A program made the translations under genes and the position numbers. This document shows, in pieces, positions 1 through 14,344 of a DNA stretch of 64,000 nt. Numbering within the stretch: position 1 is the stretch's first letter; the number at the start of each line of letters is the position of its first letter. This DNA comes from a virus (taxonomy: Duplodnaviria; Heunggongvirae; Uroviricota; Caudoviricetes), in the IMG/VR virus record IMGVR_UViG_3300021387_000308, positions 38,037 through 102,036 of that record; one strand, given 5' to 3'. The notes beneath the pieces were generated by a model that saw only the letters and a list, made by a program, of their open reading frames with translations, was not told where the DNA came from and did no database searches.

Positions 1-2964
1 GATTTTGAGGATTATAATGAACAGATAAGCGAGATAAAAAACCGTGTTCCTCTTGATGATTTAAAAACAGATTATGGAACATTTTCTATGGAAGAACTAA
101 AGACGGCATTAACAACATATAAAAATCTTTTAGCTACACTCTCTTCTCTCTATAAAGAAGATTATGGGGATATTGGTTTAAATCAAGATGGAAGTATAAA
201 AGAATCTTATATAAAAACAACGGAATATTGGTATGATTATGAAGCTTATCTTTATACCATAAAAGAAATTGAATTTGCTATAAAAGTTTTCCCATATTAT
301 AAAGATCATACTCAATGGAGTTCTGGGGATTCCGATTTATATAAGTCTGAAATTAACGCTTGGGAAACCGAATGGTCATTATACGGAACTATTGAATTAG
401 ACGCGAAAATAAAAGATTATCATAATCGTATGGATTCACTTGCACAAAAAGGTGTTATTAGGATAAATGAAACTGGCTATGAAATAAAAAAGTGGTCAAA
501 ATTAAAACCTGATGGGACTAGCGAATATGAATGGGATGAATTAAGTTCCAATGAAAAGCGCGAGTACTTGAGTCCAGATGAAAAGCGCGAATATAGTGGA
601 ATAGATGGTAATTATAAATATGATGAATATATGGAATACTATAATTATGCAAATGAAGCATAGTAGTATTTAGATTCATTAAATACATAGATTAAATCGC
701 TGGAAACATTACGTGATAGCGCAAATGCCGAGAGATTACAAATTACAAAAGACGTTACTGTTGATAATTATTTTTCTGATAGTGATTTAAAAGTTATTTA
801 TAGATTATATCATGATGCGACATATTCAAACGAGAATATATTAATAACAAGTATAGATGATGTGAATGACAGATTTTCTCATATGAAAGAATTACTTGAT
901 GATGCAAAAGATCAAATATCTATTATTTCAAGACCTCAACTCACATTTTCTGTTGATTGTGATAATCTTCTTGCTATGCCAGAATTTAAATCATTTTGGG
1001 ATAAATTTGTTCCGGGAAATTATATATATGTTTAGTATAAAGATAATGTATATGTAAAATTAAGATTAATAGGTTACTCATTTAATCCACTACTTCCCTC
1101 TTCTTCTACTCTTTAGATTTAGTTTAGCAATTATATAAGATCTAGATCTTACTATAGAGATTGGGATAGTTTACTTGGTAATAATTCTAGTAGTGGCGTA
1201 AGTCAATATAGTTCTGGCGGTGGAGGTGGTGGCAACGATGGTACATATGGTGAATCTGATGATATAGATATTACTATAAGCAACACAATGCTTGCAAAGC
1301 TATTAAATACAGAATTATTTGGTACAAGAGTAACTGATGTAATCCTTGATACTGTTGATGCAAATGCAATTACTGCGCGGTCTGCAACTTTTGGTAGTCT
1401 TGCAAATGGTACTACCGTTGTTGATGGGAAATGTATTACAACTGGTTGGATTGTGGATAAAGATTATAATGGCTCCAATGGATCTATTACTAATACTGCT
1501 GGTTCTATTTTAAATTTGGAATCTGGCTTGTTTAATTTTGCTGGTGGTAATTTAAAATGGGATGGAGATAAATTATTAGTATCTGGAGATATTTATGCTA
1601 ATAGCCTTACACTTGGAAATAATGTTAATATCTCTTATGATAATATATCAAATCGTCCTGATGTTGTAATAAAAGATATTCCAATAAATGGAACTCCATC
1701 TAGCACTCAATAGGGTTTTTTGGTATCAAATAGTGGATTGTTAACTGCTAGTAATGCTATTATTTGGGGAACAATACATGCTACCGATGGTGATTTCGCT
1801 GGGACTATAACAGCTAAATCTGGACATATTGGATATAAAGATACTTCCAATCCAGGTTGGGTAATTAAAACTGGTGCTATATATTCTGGTACAAGTGCAT
1901 TAACTGGAACTGGTTCTACTACTGCTGGTACATATATTGGTACTGATGGTATTTTGAATTATAAAGATTCTAATGCTTATGTAAAAATAACGCAAGGAAA
2001 AATAACTGCCAATAGTGCTGATATTACTGGATCTATTAAAGCTACAGATATAACTGCTAAAAATACATATTACATTAATAATTCATCTGGTACAAAAAAA
2101 ATAGCATTGAATGCTCCAGAAGCGAGTTTTGGCAATGCATTAAATATAGGTGATGGGTTTACAGGAACTCATATAAATGGATAGGTATTTACTGGTAATG
2201 ATCTTTGGGTTGGTGAAGATGGTGGTGCTAATTTATTTTGTGGTGAAATTTCATCTAATGATGTTTGTTATATAAGAAAGAGTTCGGTAGACTCAGATGG
2301 AGATAATATATCAATTAGATGTTCATATGAAAAGACTGGAACAGGTTATAAAGGAAGCGGTATTTATAATGAAACAAAAAATGATTGGATAATTACCCAA
2401 TTTCAATTTCCTGAAACATATACTACAGGTTCATATGAATATTAGGCTGGAGATGTGTATATTCCACATCCATTATGGACAAGAACATTATGTACAAATA
2501 ATGCAAGTGCTACTCTTGGGACAAGTTATTATAAGTGGAAAACTTTATATATTTCTGATTCTGCAATTCATACTTCTGACAGAAAGTTGAAAGATGAAAT
2601 ATCCGATATTTCGTTTGCTACAGATTTAATTATGTCTCTTAATCCGATAACCTTCATGTGGAAAGATGGTGATCATAGAAGAAAACGTATGGGGTTCATT
2701 GCTCAAGACGTGGCATAGGTTTGTAACGATATTGGTGAAAATTTATCATTAGTAACCGCATCATATAAAAATAAACAAGATAATAAAAATGAATATTTTG
2801 GAGAAAATGTAGATGATGAAATTCTTAATTGGGGATTATCTTATGAGTAGCTAATAGCACCAACGATAAAAGTTGTGCAAGATCTTTATAATCAAATACA
2901 ACAACTCAACAAAGAGATTCAATTTCTCAAAAATCAAATATCTGATTTAAAGTCAACCAGATGA
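1..2964 (+). CDS. tail fibre / tail spike protein, 5'-partial, C-terminal S74-type intramolecular chaperone domain; translated with TAG=Gln
   Basis: Frame 1 is open from nt 1 to TGA 2962-2964 when 11 in-frame TAGs (661,664,685,1033,1114,1120,1711,2182,2443,2716,2848) are read as sense. Track ORFs 88..663, 1288..1713, 1720..2184, 2455..2718 are all frame 1. C-terminus has ...TSDRKLKDEI...FMWKDGDHRRKRMGFIAQDVA... plus a coiled coil NQIQQLNKEIQFLKNQISDLK, typical of self-cleaving fibre chaperone modules. Confidence 0.7.
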
Positions 2965-2989
2965 AATCACTATTTTATCGTAGTTTTTT

Positions 2990-3038
2990 ACACAATATGT
3001 TGTGTTTTAAAATATATTGACCACAATATGTAGTGGTC
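2990..3038 (+). promoter_or_regulatory. two adjacent hairpins sharing the core cacaatatgt; the first (ACACAA-tatg-TTGTGT + tttaaaa) is terminator-like for the upstream fibre gene, the second (GACCAC-aatatgta-GTGGTC) is a possible operator/late promoter element
   Basis: Inverted repeats read directly from the sequence at 2990-3005 and 3019-3038; 10-nt core repeated at 2991 and 3022. Confidence 0.35.
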
Positions 3039-3114
3039 TGAAATCAAGATTTTGAGTGTTCGATTTTATTGGACATCAAATATTAATTTTTTATGAAGAA
3101 AAGGAGAATTTTTT

Positions 3115-3618
3115 ATGAAGAAGGAATTATTTTTAATTGAAGCGATCAATATTACAAGTTTTTATGAAAATATGCCAGAGGAAAAGAAGAACGCTCTTCC
3201 ACTTAAAGTGTATTATGGACTTAAAAAGGTTGTGAGTAAACTTCAGCCTGATGTGCGTCAGTTTGAAGAGGTTCGTGATGAAGAGGTAAAAAAGATCCGC
3301 GACATCTACTTCTCTGAAGAAAAGAGCGAAGAAACTGCTATTCCAAAAACTGATGAAAATGGCGAACCTGTACTGGATGAAAATGGAAATCAGTTAACAG
3401 ATACTGGTCGCAAGGTTAAAGATGAATATGTAGACGAATACAAAATTGCAATGGATACGCTGAATGAAAAACTTCAGGAAATCGCAATGGAAAAGAATAC
3501 TTACGAATATAACTGGGTGGATATTGGAGAAATGGTTGAGAATCTTCCAGATGATACACCACTCACAAGAGGAGACATTGATATATTAGATGCAATATTC
3601 GATGAAACTGCTAACTGA
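3115..3618 (+). CDS. hypothetical acidic protein (167 aa), no in-frame TAG
   Basis: Track ORF. RBS aaaaggag 8 nt upstream of ATG. TGA stop followed by a terminator hairpin. Confidence 0.6.
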   Translation: MKKELFLIEAINITSFYENMPEEKKNALPLKVYYGLKKVVSKLQPDVRQFEEVRDEEVKKIRDIYFSEEKSEETAIPKTDENGEPVLDENGNQLTDTGRKVKDEYVDEYKIAMDTLNEKLQEIAMEKNTYEYNWVDIGEMVENLPDDTPLTRGDIDILDAIFDETAN

Positions 3619-3648
3619 GACTGATTAACTTCAGTCTCTTTCTTTTAT
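3617..3648 (+). terminator. rho-independent terminator (GAGACTGA-ttaact-TCAGTCTC then tttcttttat)
   Basis: 8-bp perfect stem at 3617-3624 / 3631-3638 followed by a T-rich tract. Confidence 0.55.
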
Positions 3649-3665
3649 GAGAAAGGATAAAACGA

Positions 3666-6600
3666 ATGGATATTAATGTTAACTTATCTCATCAAACAAT
3701 GAGGGTTGCAACAGATCTAAAGAAGTTAGTCGCTGGCTCATAGAAATTCATCCGTTTCGTTTTTAAACTACCGAGTGAATGGGATGATTTTGATGTTATA
3801 ACAGTTTAGTTTATATAGAATGGTTTGGCAAAATATGATTAGCTTGATGAAAACCATGCTGTATATCTCCCATCAGATCTTGAGCCTGGAGATTTTCTAT
3901 TGTTAATTTACGGCTCAAAAAATAACGGAGAAATTCGAGGGACTGTAAATGCATTACAACTCACTCTTACTCCTGATCAATATATTCCTAGTGCTACTGA
4001 AGTATCTCTTACCGAGAATATGTATGATCAGCTAATAAAAATGGTTACAACCATTGGAAGTGAGCCTGTTACAAGTAGTGATATACGTGGATGGGTTTAT
4101 GATGATTCGGTTGCTATTCTTAGGCAATTTCTCGACAATGGAGATTTAACTGGTTTAACTATTCCAGATAAAACAATTGAAAAACATCATCTCAACGATG
4201 AACTTCAAGCATCCATAGACCGAGCAGATTCTGCACTTCAATATATCCCGGATGGATCAGTAACAAGGTCAAAGGTTGATTCAGAAATTGAAGGACTTTT
4301 TAATACTCTTGAAAACCTCGAAATGACTATCCCAGAAGGTTCTATTGATAAAAGTAAAGTGAATTCTGATTTTGCTGCTACTTTAGATAGGGCAGATTCT
4401 GCCATGCAACCATCTGTCTATGATGTTAATAATCGTGCAACAGATATTTTTAATTATGCTGATAGTAAAGTAGAACCAGTTCAGGCTTTAGCATCAAGTA
4501 TGAGACAGGAAATGTCTAGTGCTTACACTGTTGATGAAACATCTTATGATAGTCTTGGTGCTGCTATTAATGGTGCGCTCACTCAGGCAAGAACTTATGC
4601 TAAATCATATACGGATGTAACTCTTGGTAATTATGTTCCATATAGTGTAGCTATTACTGCTACTCTTCCACCGATTAATCTTGGGCAAGATAGGACTTTC
4701 TATCTCGTACCAAAAGCTTCTGGTAATGGATATGATAAATGGTGGGTTGTTGAAAATCTCGACCATACTAAAGTGTGGGATAATTGGGGCGGTTCTTCTA
4801 CATTAATTGTCACTGAGTTGCCACAGGAAGGTGATGTTGATGTAGATTATATTTTAGCCCAAAATGGAGATTATAAATATTATAAATATATTGATAATGA
4901 ATGGAAAATGATTGCCGGGACTAATAATGTATTTTTAGGTATTGAAGGGCAACATTTTATTATTGGAATTGGTGAGCCTGATAATGATTTGATTACTCAT
5001 GATAATTATGCTGCCACTTTAGGATATATAGATATATCTTCGGAGAACTTGAATTGCTATTTTGCAAATGTAGTTTCTTATGAACCTGATTTTGAATATG
5101 AATGGGATGAACCACATGAATTAGTTGAATTCCCATCCGTTGATAAAGATTATTATGTTTTAGATAATAATATGAATTATGTCCATTTAAAATATAATGG
5201 AGGTCAATTTAATATTGTAGGTTCTTGTACATTTGTAGTAAACAAATTACCGACTGTTGGAATTAGCAATGTAGATTATTTATTATTTAAAGACGGAGAA
5301 TATCAGTATTATAAATATATTAATGATAGTTGGAAAATGATTTCTGGCGGGAGTGCAGATGTAATAGTAAATGAACATTCGATTGATTATTATACTCTTC
5401 CACCATTTACTGATCAAGATTTATCAAAATATATTAATAAGTATTATTTAGATGTAAGTAATTTAAAACTTTATACTGTTGTTCAAAGTAATGATGAATA
5501 TCAATGGCAAGAAACTGTTCTTGTTAGTAACCCAAGTGATAGCAAGGATTATTATATACAATTTGGGAATAATAATCTTCTTCATTTTAGATTTGTTGAT
5601 AATGTATTTATACCTGTTGGTTTTACTCAAACTGAAATTGATTCGATTATTAATCCGCTCAATACTAGGATAAATACATTAACAAATAGAATAGATGGAT
5701 ATGATACTTAGATTACTCAAAATCAAAGCAATATAGCTTCTTTAAATAATACAGTTTCATCTCTTCAGCAAGCTGTTAGTGAGATTGATACAGAGGGTTA
5801 TGAATATTTTGCAGACTATGGGACATATGAAGTTGCTGGGCAAGAAACAGATAATGTTTATAGGCTTCGTAAAGTAAAAGGCAGCGAAGAAGAAGTTGTA
5901 AGTTAGTTTGTGATTCAAGGCGGCGGAGGTGGACAGCAAACTTCTACTAACCTTGTTGTTGAAAGAATTACCTAGTCACCATTAATTGTAACTCCAAATG
6001 ATAATGTGATTCTTGAATTTAGGTATTCTTCTGTAACTAATGATAATCAAAAGGAAGAAATTGATGGTAACTATACATTAAAACTTGGCAATACTGTTAT
6101 TGCAAGTGGTGAATGTATTCAAGGAATAAATTCAATCGATGTAACATCATATTGTACTATAGGTACACAAAGGTTTAGTTTAAATGTTGTTGACCTTGGT
6201 GGTAGTAGTGCCGTTAGAACATTTACTGTGTAGAAGGTAGATGTTCGTATTGAATCTGAATACAATGATAGATATTATAATGAGATTGGGAAATCAGCCC
6301 AATTTACATATACTCCATATGGTGCAATAAATAAGACTATTCATTTTAGTTTGAATGGTGAAGAAGAGACTATTACTACTGCTGCTTCTGGTATATTGCA
6401 ATCATATGCTATTCCAGCCCAGCCACACGGTTCATATTTACTTGATGTATGGGTTACTGCGACTGTTAATGGAACTGATATTGAAACAAATCATATTTAT
6501 AAAGATATAATGTGGTATGATCCAAATATGGATGGACAAGGTAATTATAAATCTCCTGTTATCGGATGTAATTATAGATATGACCATCGTGGAGCGGTAA

Positions 6601-9600
6601 GCGTAAGACAATACGATACTCTTCCAATTGTTTATAATGTTTATGACCCAACAACGAATTATCCAATTGTGCGAAGATATATTGATAATGTACTTGTTGG
6701 TACAGATACCATGGAAACAACTCAGAATACATGGAACTTCAAATCTGACATTGTTGGTGAACATAATCTACGAATTGAATGTAGAGATACCGTTGTTATA
6801 ATTGTTGTAAATGTTACAGAACTTGGTATTGATGTTTCTCCAATTACTGGTGGTCTAGAACTTGATTTCAATCCTGTTGGTATCACTAATAGTTCAGAAA
6901 ATAGAATTTGGTCGAATGATAATTATCATATGACAGTTTCCCAGAATTTTGACTGGGCAAACGGTGGATATAAAACAGATGAAAATGGTAATTCTTATTT
7001 CTTAATAAAAGCTGGAACTACTGCGTCATTTGATTATACTATGTTCTCTGGAGGAGTTGATAATAATCCATCAAGAACTGGTTCTGAAATGAAAATTATA
7101 TTTATGACGGAAAATGTTCAAGATGCTGATGCTGTTTGGTTTAGTAATGTTGAAACAAGAAGCTAGACAGTCGATGAAACAACTGTTACTGTAAATATGG
7201 GTATTCAAATGTCTGCTCATAATGGATGGTTAAAAACAAATAAGGCTAGTGATGTTGATGTATCTGATGGAAGTTCTGATACTGTTGCTGCTACGAATAC
7301 GTATTTGTATATGCCATACAGTGAAGAAGATATTATTGAAATGGATATCAATATAGACACGATTGATCTTGAAAATGAAACTTCTACCGCTTTTGTAATG
7401 TCATATGAAGATGGTGTTCCGTCAAAAGCATATGTATATGATAGAAGTGATAGATTTTATCAGTATGACCCTCAGCCAATCACGATTGGTTCTACTTACT
7501 GTGATGTAAGAATTTATAGATTAAAAATCTATTCTACTTCTTTAACATCAGAGGGTATTATGAGAAACTTTATTGCTGATTCTATGGATTCTACTACTAT
7601 GCTTGCTAGATATGATAGAAACAGTATTTATTATAATCAAGAAACTGGGGAATACTCTCCATATAATACAAATGGTATTTTGAGTCCTGAAAGATTAGCT
7701 CCAATAGTTCCTAATGTAAAGATATTGATGTTGGAAACTGATCATTTTACTACCAGCAAAAAGACATTTGTTAAATCCAATTTAAGATGTATTCATGCTC
7801 CAGGCGGCGATGTTTATCCTGGCGATGAATATTATGATAACTGGTATTTTGAAAATGGATGGCATTCTGGTCAAGGTACTACATCTGACAACTATGGTAA
7901 CTCTGGTAGAAACGTTGACTTTTTGTTTAACTGTGATGGTGTCCATAAACCAAGTGATAAGATAAAAGATCCAGAACCAGATTATATTTCAAAAGTTACT
8001 CTTGGTTATAATACTGAAAATGCATACACTGAAACGGTTACGGACTGGAAGGGTGATTCTGGTAAAATTAGTCTTACAAGGACTTCGATACCAAATAATT
8101 TCTTTAATTTAAAAGTTAATATAGCTTCTAGTGAAAATGCAAACAATGCATTGATGCAAAAGAGGTATACGGATTTCTTACCTTATATTTCTCCAGCAAA
8201 ACGAAGAGATCCTAGGATAAAAAATGATATGGAATTTGTTCCAGCAATTTTATTTATTAAAGAAACAAATCCTGATCTTAGTACTCATAATGAATTCCAA
8301 GATAATGAATGGCATTTCTATGCCCTTGGTAATCTTGGAGATTCTAAGAAAACTGACTATACACGTTCATATGACCCAGAAGATATGAATGAATTTACTA
8401 TAGAAATATCTGATAATACTAAAAATAATGCAACATTCCAAACTGGTGTTTATCAGAAACAAGATGGCTCTTATGGATATGAAACATTCCATCTGATTAA
8501 AACACTTGATAAAGAGGGAGAACTTGTTGTTACTCCAGTATCTGAAGTTTCTATATCTGAGCATATATCTCCTGTTCCTTATGACCAAATTGATGCACTT
8601 TTGTTCTAGCAAGGTACTATTCATGTTATTAATGAAACTGGATTAGCAGAGCATGATGGTGATGAATATGGATATTTAAACATGAGAATCTGGTGTCTTT
8701 ATAATGAGGGATTTGATGGAGATCACTCCTTCGAACCTAGATATGCTTGTTGTGGTGATTATAGAGATGGTAAATTAGTAAATGATTATTCTGGATATGG
8801 TAAATAGCAGGTAAAAACGAATGAAAAGGTTTGGAGAGCATTCTACAAGTGGGTTATCACTTCTACTAATGAATAGTTTGTACAAGAACTTGATCAGTGG
8901 TGCGTAAGAAGTGCTGTAGAATTTTTCTATGCATTCACTTTATATTATACCATGATGGATAATAGAGCAAAGAATACTTTCTGGCATTTTGCAAAGACTG
9001 GTGTTTATAGAGAAGTATCCAGACCTGTTGAAGAATTACTCCATATTTATTGTGAATTAGTAGATGAAGAATATGTTCCAACTGAAGACACTTCAATTGA
9101 TCCAGAAAAAACATATTATACATAGTATGCATTTGATTTATGGTGCTATGATACTGATACTGGTCTTGGAATTAATAATAATGGTGAACTTATTTTCCCA
9201 TATGGTAAAGAAGATACTGATTATAATATTGATGGTGATCCATCTTCTGGTTGGGTATTTAACGGAGCTACTTCTGTATTCTGGTGCAGATTGAGAGATT
9301 TATTATCAAATGAAATAACAGAGACATTTAACAGTGTTTCAGCGGAGTGTTTTAATGCTACTAATCTGATAAATCAATTTGATAAATTCCAAGGATGCTA
9401 TCCAGAAGAAATATGGAGACTTGATGTAGAAAGAAAATATGTAAGGACATATACTGGAAAATCTGTTGATAATTCTATTCCTAAACATGATACTCAGTAT
9501 CTTAGAGATATGATGCAAGGTAGAAAGAAATATCAGAGAAGACAATGGGTTAGAGATTAGGAAATGTATTTTGGAACAAAATATCTTATGAATACTGTTG

Positions 9601-12353
9601 TTGGTGACAATAACCGTATTACATTTAGGTGTTATGACCCAGGTAATGATGTTGTTGTTCCTAAGAATTATTCTCTTAGTATTACACCATTCCAAGATAT
9701 GTATGTATCTGCGATGTTTGGTAATGGTGATCAACGACAAGTTAGGGCAAAAGCTGGAGAAACAGTTGTTCTGAATTTCAGTGTTAGTACAACTACTGAT
9801 ACTTAGGTAACTATTTATGGTGCTAATAGAATTGCGGCACTTAATGATTTATCCGCATGTTATATTGCTGCAAATAACTTCTCAATGGCTACAAAGCTGA
9901 GAAAACTTGTTCTTGGTAATACTACTCCCGGATATTCAAATTCAAGGTTAACTTCTTTAACTCTTGGTTCAAATAAATTGTTAGAAGAACTTGATTTGAG
10001 AAATTGTAATAACTTAACTGGTACGCTTAATTTGGCAGATTGTAGTAATCTTCTTAAATTGTACGCAGATGGTACTAGGATTAGTAGTGTTACTTTTGCC
10101 ACTAATGGTAAAGTATAGATTGCTCATCTTCCACCAACATTAAACACATTGGTAATGAGGAATCTTAATGACCTCCAAGATTTTTAGTGCTCAATGGATT
10201 ATCTTGAATAGTTAACTTTACAAGGAGGCACATTAAATAGTTATGAAGTTATTTCTGATGTAATTGATACTCTTAGTGTAGTATATTTATATGATTTAGA
10301 TTGGACGGTACCGAATTCTGATATTCTTAATCAATTATTAAATCTTGAATATTCTACATTGACTGGTAAAGTATATATTAATGGTGCTACAAGACTTAAG
10401 GAACTTGAAAGATACAATGCAAAATGGGCTGATCTTACTGTCACGTATAATCCTAACTATCTTGTAGAACAATATGCAGTTACTTATGTTAATGATGATG
10501 GTACTACTCTTGGAGTATATTATGTAGACCGTGGTGCCGTCCCGCCAAATCCAGTCGAAGATGGTACAATGGAAACTCCGACAAAAGCAAGTGATGCTCA
10601 ATATACTTACACATTTAGTGGTTGGGATGATATTGAATCTGTAGTACTTGCACCAAGAACTATTAAAGCACAATATTCAGAAACAATTAGAACATATACT
10701 GTAACTTGGTATTCTCGTGAAGGTGTTCCAATTCGTAGCACATAGGCTGAATATGGTTCTGAAGTAGTATACGATGGTAATATTCCAACTCGTACTGATG
10801 AAGAAGCTGCATATTGGTATAATATATTTACTGGATGGGACAAATCTACTGGATATATTACTGGTGATACTGATGTCTATGCTATTTGGGATAGAAAAGT
10901 ATTACCTGTTACTAATAATAACACATTGTTGACGAAAGACCTTAATGATATGAGTCCCGCAGAAATCTATGCTCTTGGTAATGCTTAGGCTATTGATTTG
11001 TCAAATATTACAAATCTGGAAGTGAAAGATTATAAAGATATTGTGGTTGGTAATGATTTTAATTTTAATAATGTAGAATCTGAAGTTCTTCTTGAGAATC
11101 GTTGGTTTGATGGTAAAACACATGTTGATACAAACATTAAATTGTTTAGTGAAGATTCGGAAGATTTTACTCTTGCTATTGATTTTGAATTTTATCAGCC
11201 GACATCAAATGCTACTCTCGTATCTTGCTTCGAAGAAGATGGTTCAGAAGGTTTCAGATTAAGATATAATCAAGGTTCTTCTATTCAGTGGGGTGATAAG
11301 AGTGTAACTGCTGGGCCAGACAGACAACGTAGTATTTGTGTAATCCGACACTTAAAAGGTTCTGATAAATTATATACTTATGTCTATAATACTAACAGTT
11401 ATCAATATGATGATGCTGTAATTAGAACAGAATTAACTAGGACAAGATCTACTACTACTGATTCGGTACTTAGTTTTGGTGCTATCAAATTCCCAGATGG
11501 TGGTTATGATTTCTACGCAAAAGGCTGGATTCACTGGTGTAAGATTTGGTATGCAGATTTAGGTAATGCCAATGCTTTGGAACTTGCACAATGGCCTCAT
11601 GAAACGTGGAGAGCAGAATACACTGGTTTGCAGAATTATAGATTGCCAGGTACTAGTAGATATGCTAGATTATCATTCTCATTAAATAACCTTCTTCTTA
11701 ATGAAATGGTTATGGCATATAGTAGTTCAAATGCTGGTGGTTGGCCCGCTAGTAAGATGAGAGTATGGGAGAATGATAGAATTTATAAAGCATTGCCAGT
11801 ATCTTATAGGGCAATTCTTAAACAAGTAAGAGTATGTTCTAGTGCTGGTAGTATGTCATCCGAAATAGTATATTCTGATGATTATATTTATGCTCCATCA
11901 TTAATAGAAGTTAGTGGCAATTCTTAGATTCCTTATGGAGATGAAATTCAGTCTAGTGGAAGTAACAAGATGATTCCTTGGTATACTAGTGATATTTCTA
12001 GGATTAAGTTCCTTGGTCAATTTGCACCAAGTAATCCAAATACTTTCTATAGTACTGAAGACCCGACAATTAATGATTCTAATAATGTTACTGCTGGAGA
12101 TATTTGGTATAGAAATTCATATGGTACTTACTATATGTTCATACCAAAATCCGAATATGATCGTCATGAGTATAAAGGTGATAATATTGTAGCTTCTAAT
12201 GGTGGCTTATGGTATCAGAGTGCTTATTGGTTTACTAGAACACCAGATGTATCATATAATGAATACTTTAGAGGTGTTGGTAACAGCGGTAATACCTATA
12301 CAATGCTTTGGCCTAATTCTGCTTATGGTGTCAATATTAATTTCTCAGTATAA
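3666..12353 (+). CDS. giant virion fibre/adhesin-like structural protein, 2895 codons, about 21 TAG(Gln) codons
   Basis: ATG 3666 with RBS gaaagga. Frame 3 contains no TAA/TGA from 3666 to TAA 12351-12353 (codon walk checked across the gaps). Track ORFs 3900..5711, 6006..6233, 6351..7166, 7197..8609, 9291..9560, 9564..9806, 9885..10118, 10359..10745, 10998..11927, 11970..12353 are all frame 3 and each ends at TAG. Internal duplicated motif [18 protein letters not shown] / [18 protein letters not shown]. Confidence 0.65.
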
Positions 12354-12370
12354 GAAAGGAGTGAAAGTAT

Positions 12371-13108
12371 ATGAAATATTACAAAATATTAGTAGACTCG
12401 AATTATATTGGGGTTGCGACTACTACTGATTTTCGCAGATATCAAAAGAAGCATAATATTATAATTGTTAGTGATGAAAATAATGCGTAGTTTATTAGTT
12501 ATAATAATGTTTTATACCATGATGATTGGATGAAACCAATTGATGTGAATGGTTTTGAATATATACTTGCAACTGTAACTGAAATTGATGAAGAAGAATA
12601 TATTGTATTAAAAAATGCCGAGACAAATAATAATGTTGTTGCCAAAGAAATTGATGCGAAAAAATCATAGTCTAGTTCTGAAGAGGTTGATGTTAATCAA
12701 TTATCTTATGTAAAATCAGCTAAGATTAATAAGCTTCGTGCTGATTGTTAGAATGCGATTGTTTCTGGATTTGATCTTGAATTATCTGATGGTATTCATC
12801 ATTTTTCGATGGAAACTACTGATTAGTTAGAGATACAAAGATTAATTTCTAATGGCAACAATGGCGATGTTCCATATCATGCAGATGGCGAAAGTTTTAA
12901 GTATTATCCATTTGCTGATATTTTAAAGATATATAACACTATGAATGATTGGAAGTTATATAATACTTCATATTTTAGTGATTTAAAAAACTATATTAAT
13001 TCTCTTCGTTCTATAAGTAAGATTGATTCTATTGAGTATGGTGATGAGATTCCAGAAAAGTATCAATCTGAAGTATATAAGGATATAAAGGATAAAATGG
13101 ATTTTTAA
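12371..13108 (+). CDS. hypothetical late protein (245 aa) with 4 TAG(Gln)
   Basis: RBS gaaaggag then ATG 12371. Frame 2 open to TAA 13106-13108 through TAGs. Followed by a terminator. Confidence 0.55.
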
Positions 13109-13118
13109 CTTATTAATT

Positions 13119-13150
13119 GAGAGTGGCGTAAAAACCACTCTCTATTTTAT
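13119..13150 (+). terminator. rho-independent terminator (GAGAGTGG-cgtaaaaa-CCACTCTC then tattttat)
   Basis: 8-bp stem 13119-13126 / 13135-13142 plus T tract. Confidence 0.55.
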
Positions 13151-13164
13151 AAAGGAGGAATAAC

Positions 13165-13971
13165 ATGGCAAATAAATATTTAGATGATAATGGTTTGCTA
13201 TATTTTTGGCAAAAAATAAAGAACTATGTTGCCAGTGTAGTACCGACTAAGTAGTCCGACCTTACGAATGATGATTATACGGTAAAAGATCCAGATTATT
13301 CAACAATGAAAGGTAAAGTGGCTACACTTGAGGGTAGAGTTGAAGATATCGTTACGCAAGGTGGAGAACCTAATGTTCTCGAATCCGTAAAAGTAAATGG
13401 TACTGCCCTTCAGATTAACGATAAAGCAGTTAATTTAATAGTTGCTTCTGGAACCGAAAATGGTTCTATTGCTGTTAATGGCAGAGATATTTCTGTGGCT
13501 GGACTTGGATCTGCCGCTTATGCTAATACTACTTAGTTTGAATCTGCTGGTGCTGCAAATTTAGTAAGAGGTTCTTCTCTTGATCCTGCTGGGACTGCAA
13601 CTGTATATGGCGCTCTTGCTTCTGCATAGGCTGCTTAGGACGGAGTTAATGCTATTAATAATGCTGGATATCAAACTTCTGCACAAGTTACACAAGCTAT
13701 TAATGACGCTCTTGCTGATGTAACGGGGATTTCTTATGAAGTTATTACCACATTCCCAGCCACTGGTTAGTCTGGTGTTATTTACCTGAAAGCTAATAAT
13801 GGTCTTGCACCAAATATTTATGATGAATATATTTGGTATAATAATAATTATGAAAAGATTGGTACTACGGACGTAGATTTATCTGGATATATGTTGACTA
13901 CTGATATGGTAGCAATTACCAATGGAGAAATCGATACTATTACAGCTAATACACCATAGTCTGGTTCTTAA
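13165..13971 (+). CDS. fibre-like structural protein (268 aa), N-terminus MANKYLDDNGLLYFWQKIK; 6 TAG(Gln)
   Basis: RBS aaaggagg then ATG 13165. Frame 1 continuous through track ORF 13306..13536 to TAA 13969-13971 (codon walk checked). Confidence 0.65.
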
Positions 13972-13986
13972 TGAGAGGTGATTGAT

Positions 13987-14325
13987 ATGTCGGTAAAAAT
14001 CAGGTAGGATAAAAATTTAATTCTTATGACTAGATCGGATACACTTATTACTACTATAGATATTCTTGATGCTGACGGAAATGTATATGAACCAGCACCA
14101 ACCGATAAACTCAGATTTTCTGTAAAGAAAGATTATAATGATAAAAAAGTACTTATTCATAAAGATATACCAATTGATACTAGAGTTCTACGAGTTGATA
14201 CTGAAGATACCGCAAAATTAGAACAACCAGCAATTTATGTATATGATATAGAATTGACATACGGAGATAATATTGTAGATACTATCATAAGTGGACGATT
14301 AAAAATACTTAATGAAGTAGAATAA
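13987..14325 (+). CDS. hypothetical late protein (112 aa), 1 TAG(Gln)
   Basis: RBS gagaggtg then ATG 13987, same frame as track ORF 14026..14325, TAA stop. Confidence 0.55.
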
Positions 14326-14344
14326 GGGTATGGAGGTATAAATT

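Noticed and set aside
551-600. Short direct DNA repeat gatgaaaagcgcga(g/a)ta x2
   Set aside because: It simply encodes a duplicated peptide (NEKREY / DEKREY) inside the fibre gene; no independent significance apparent.
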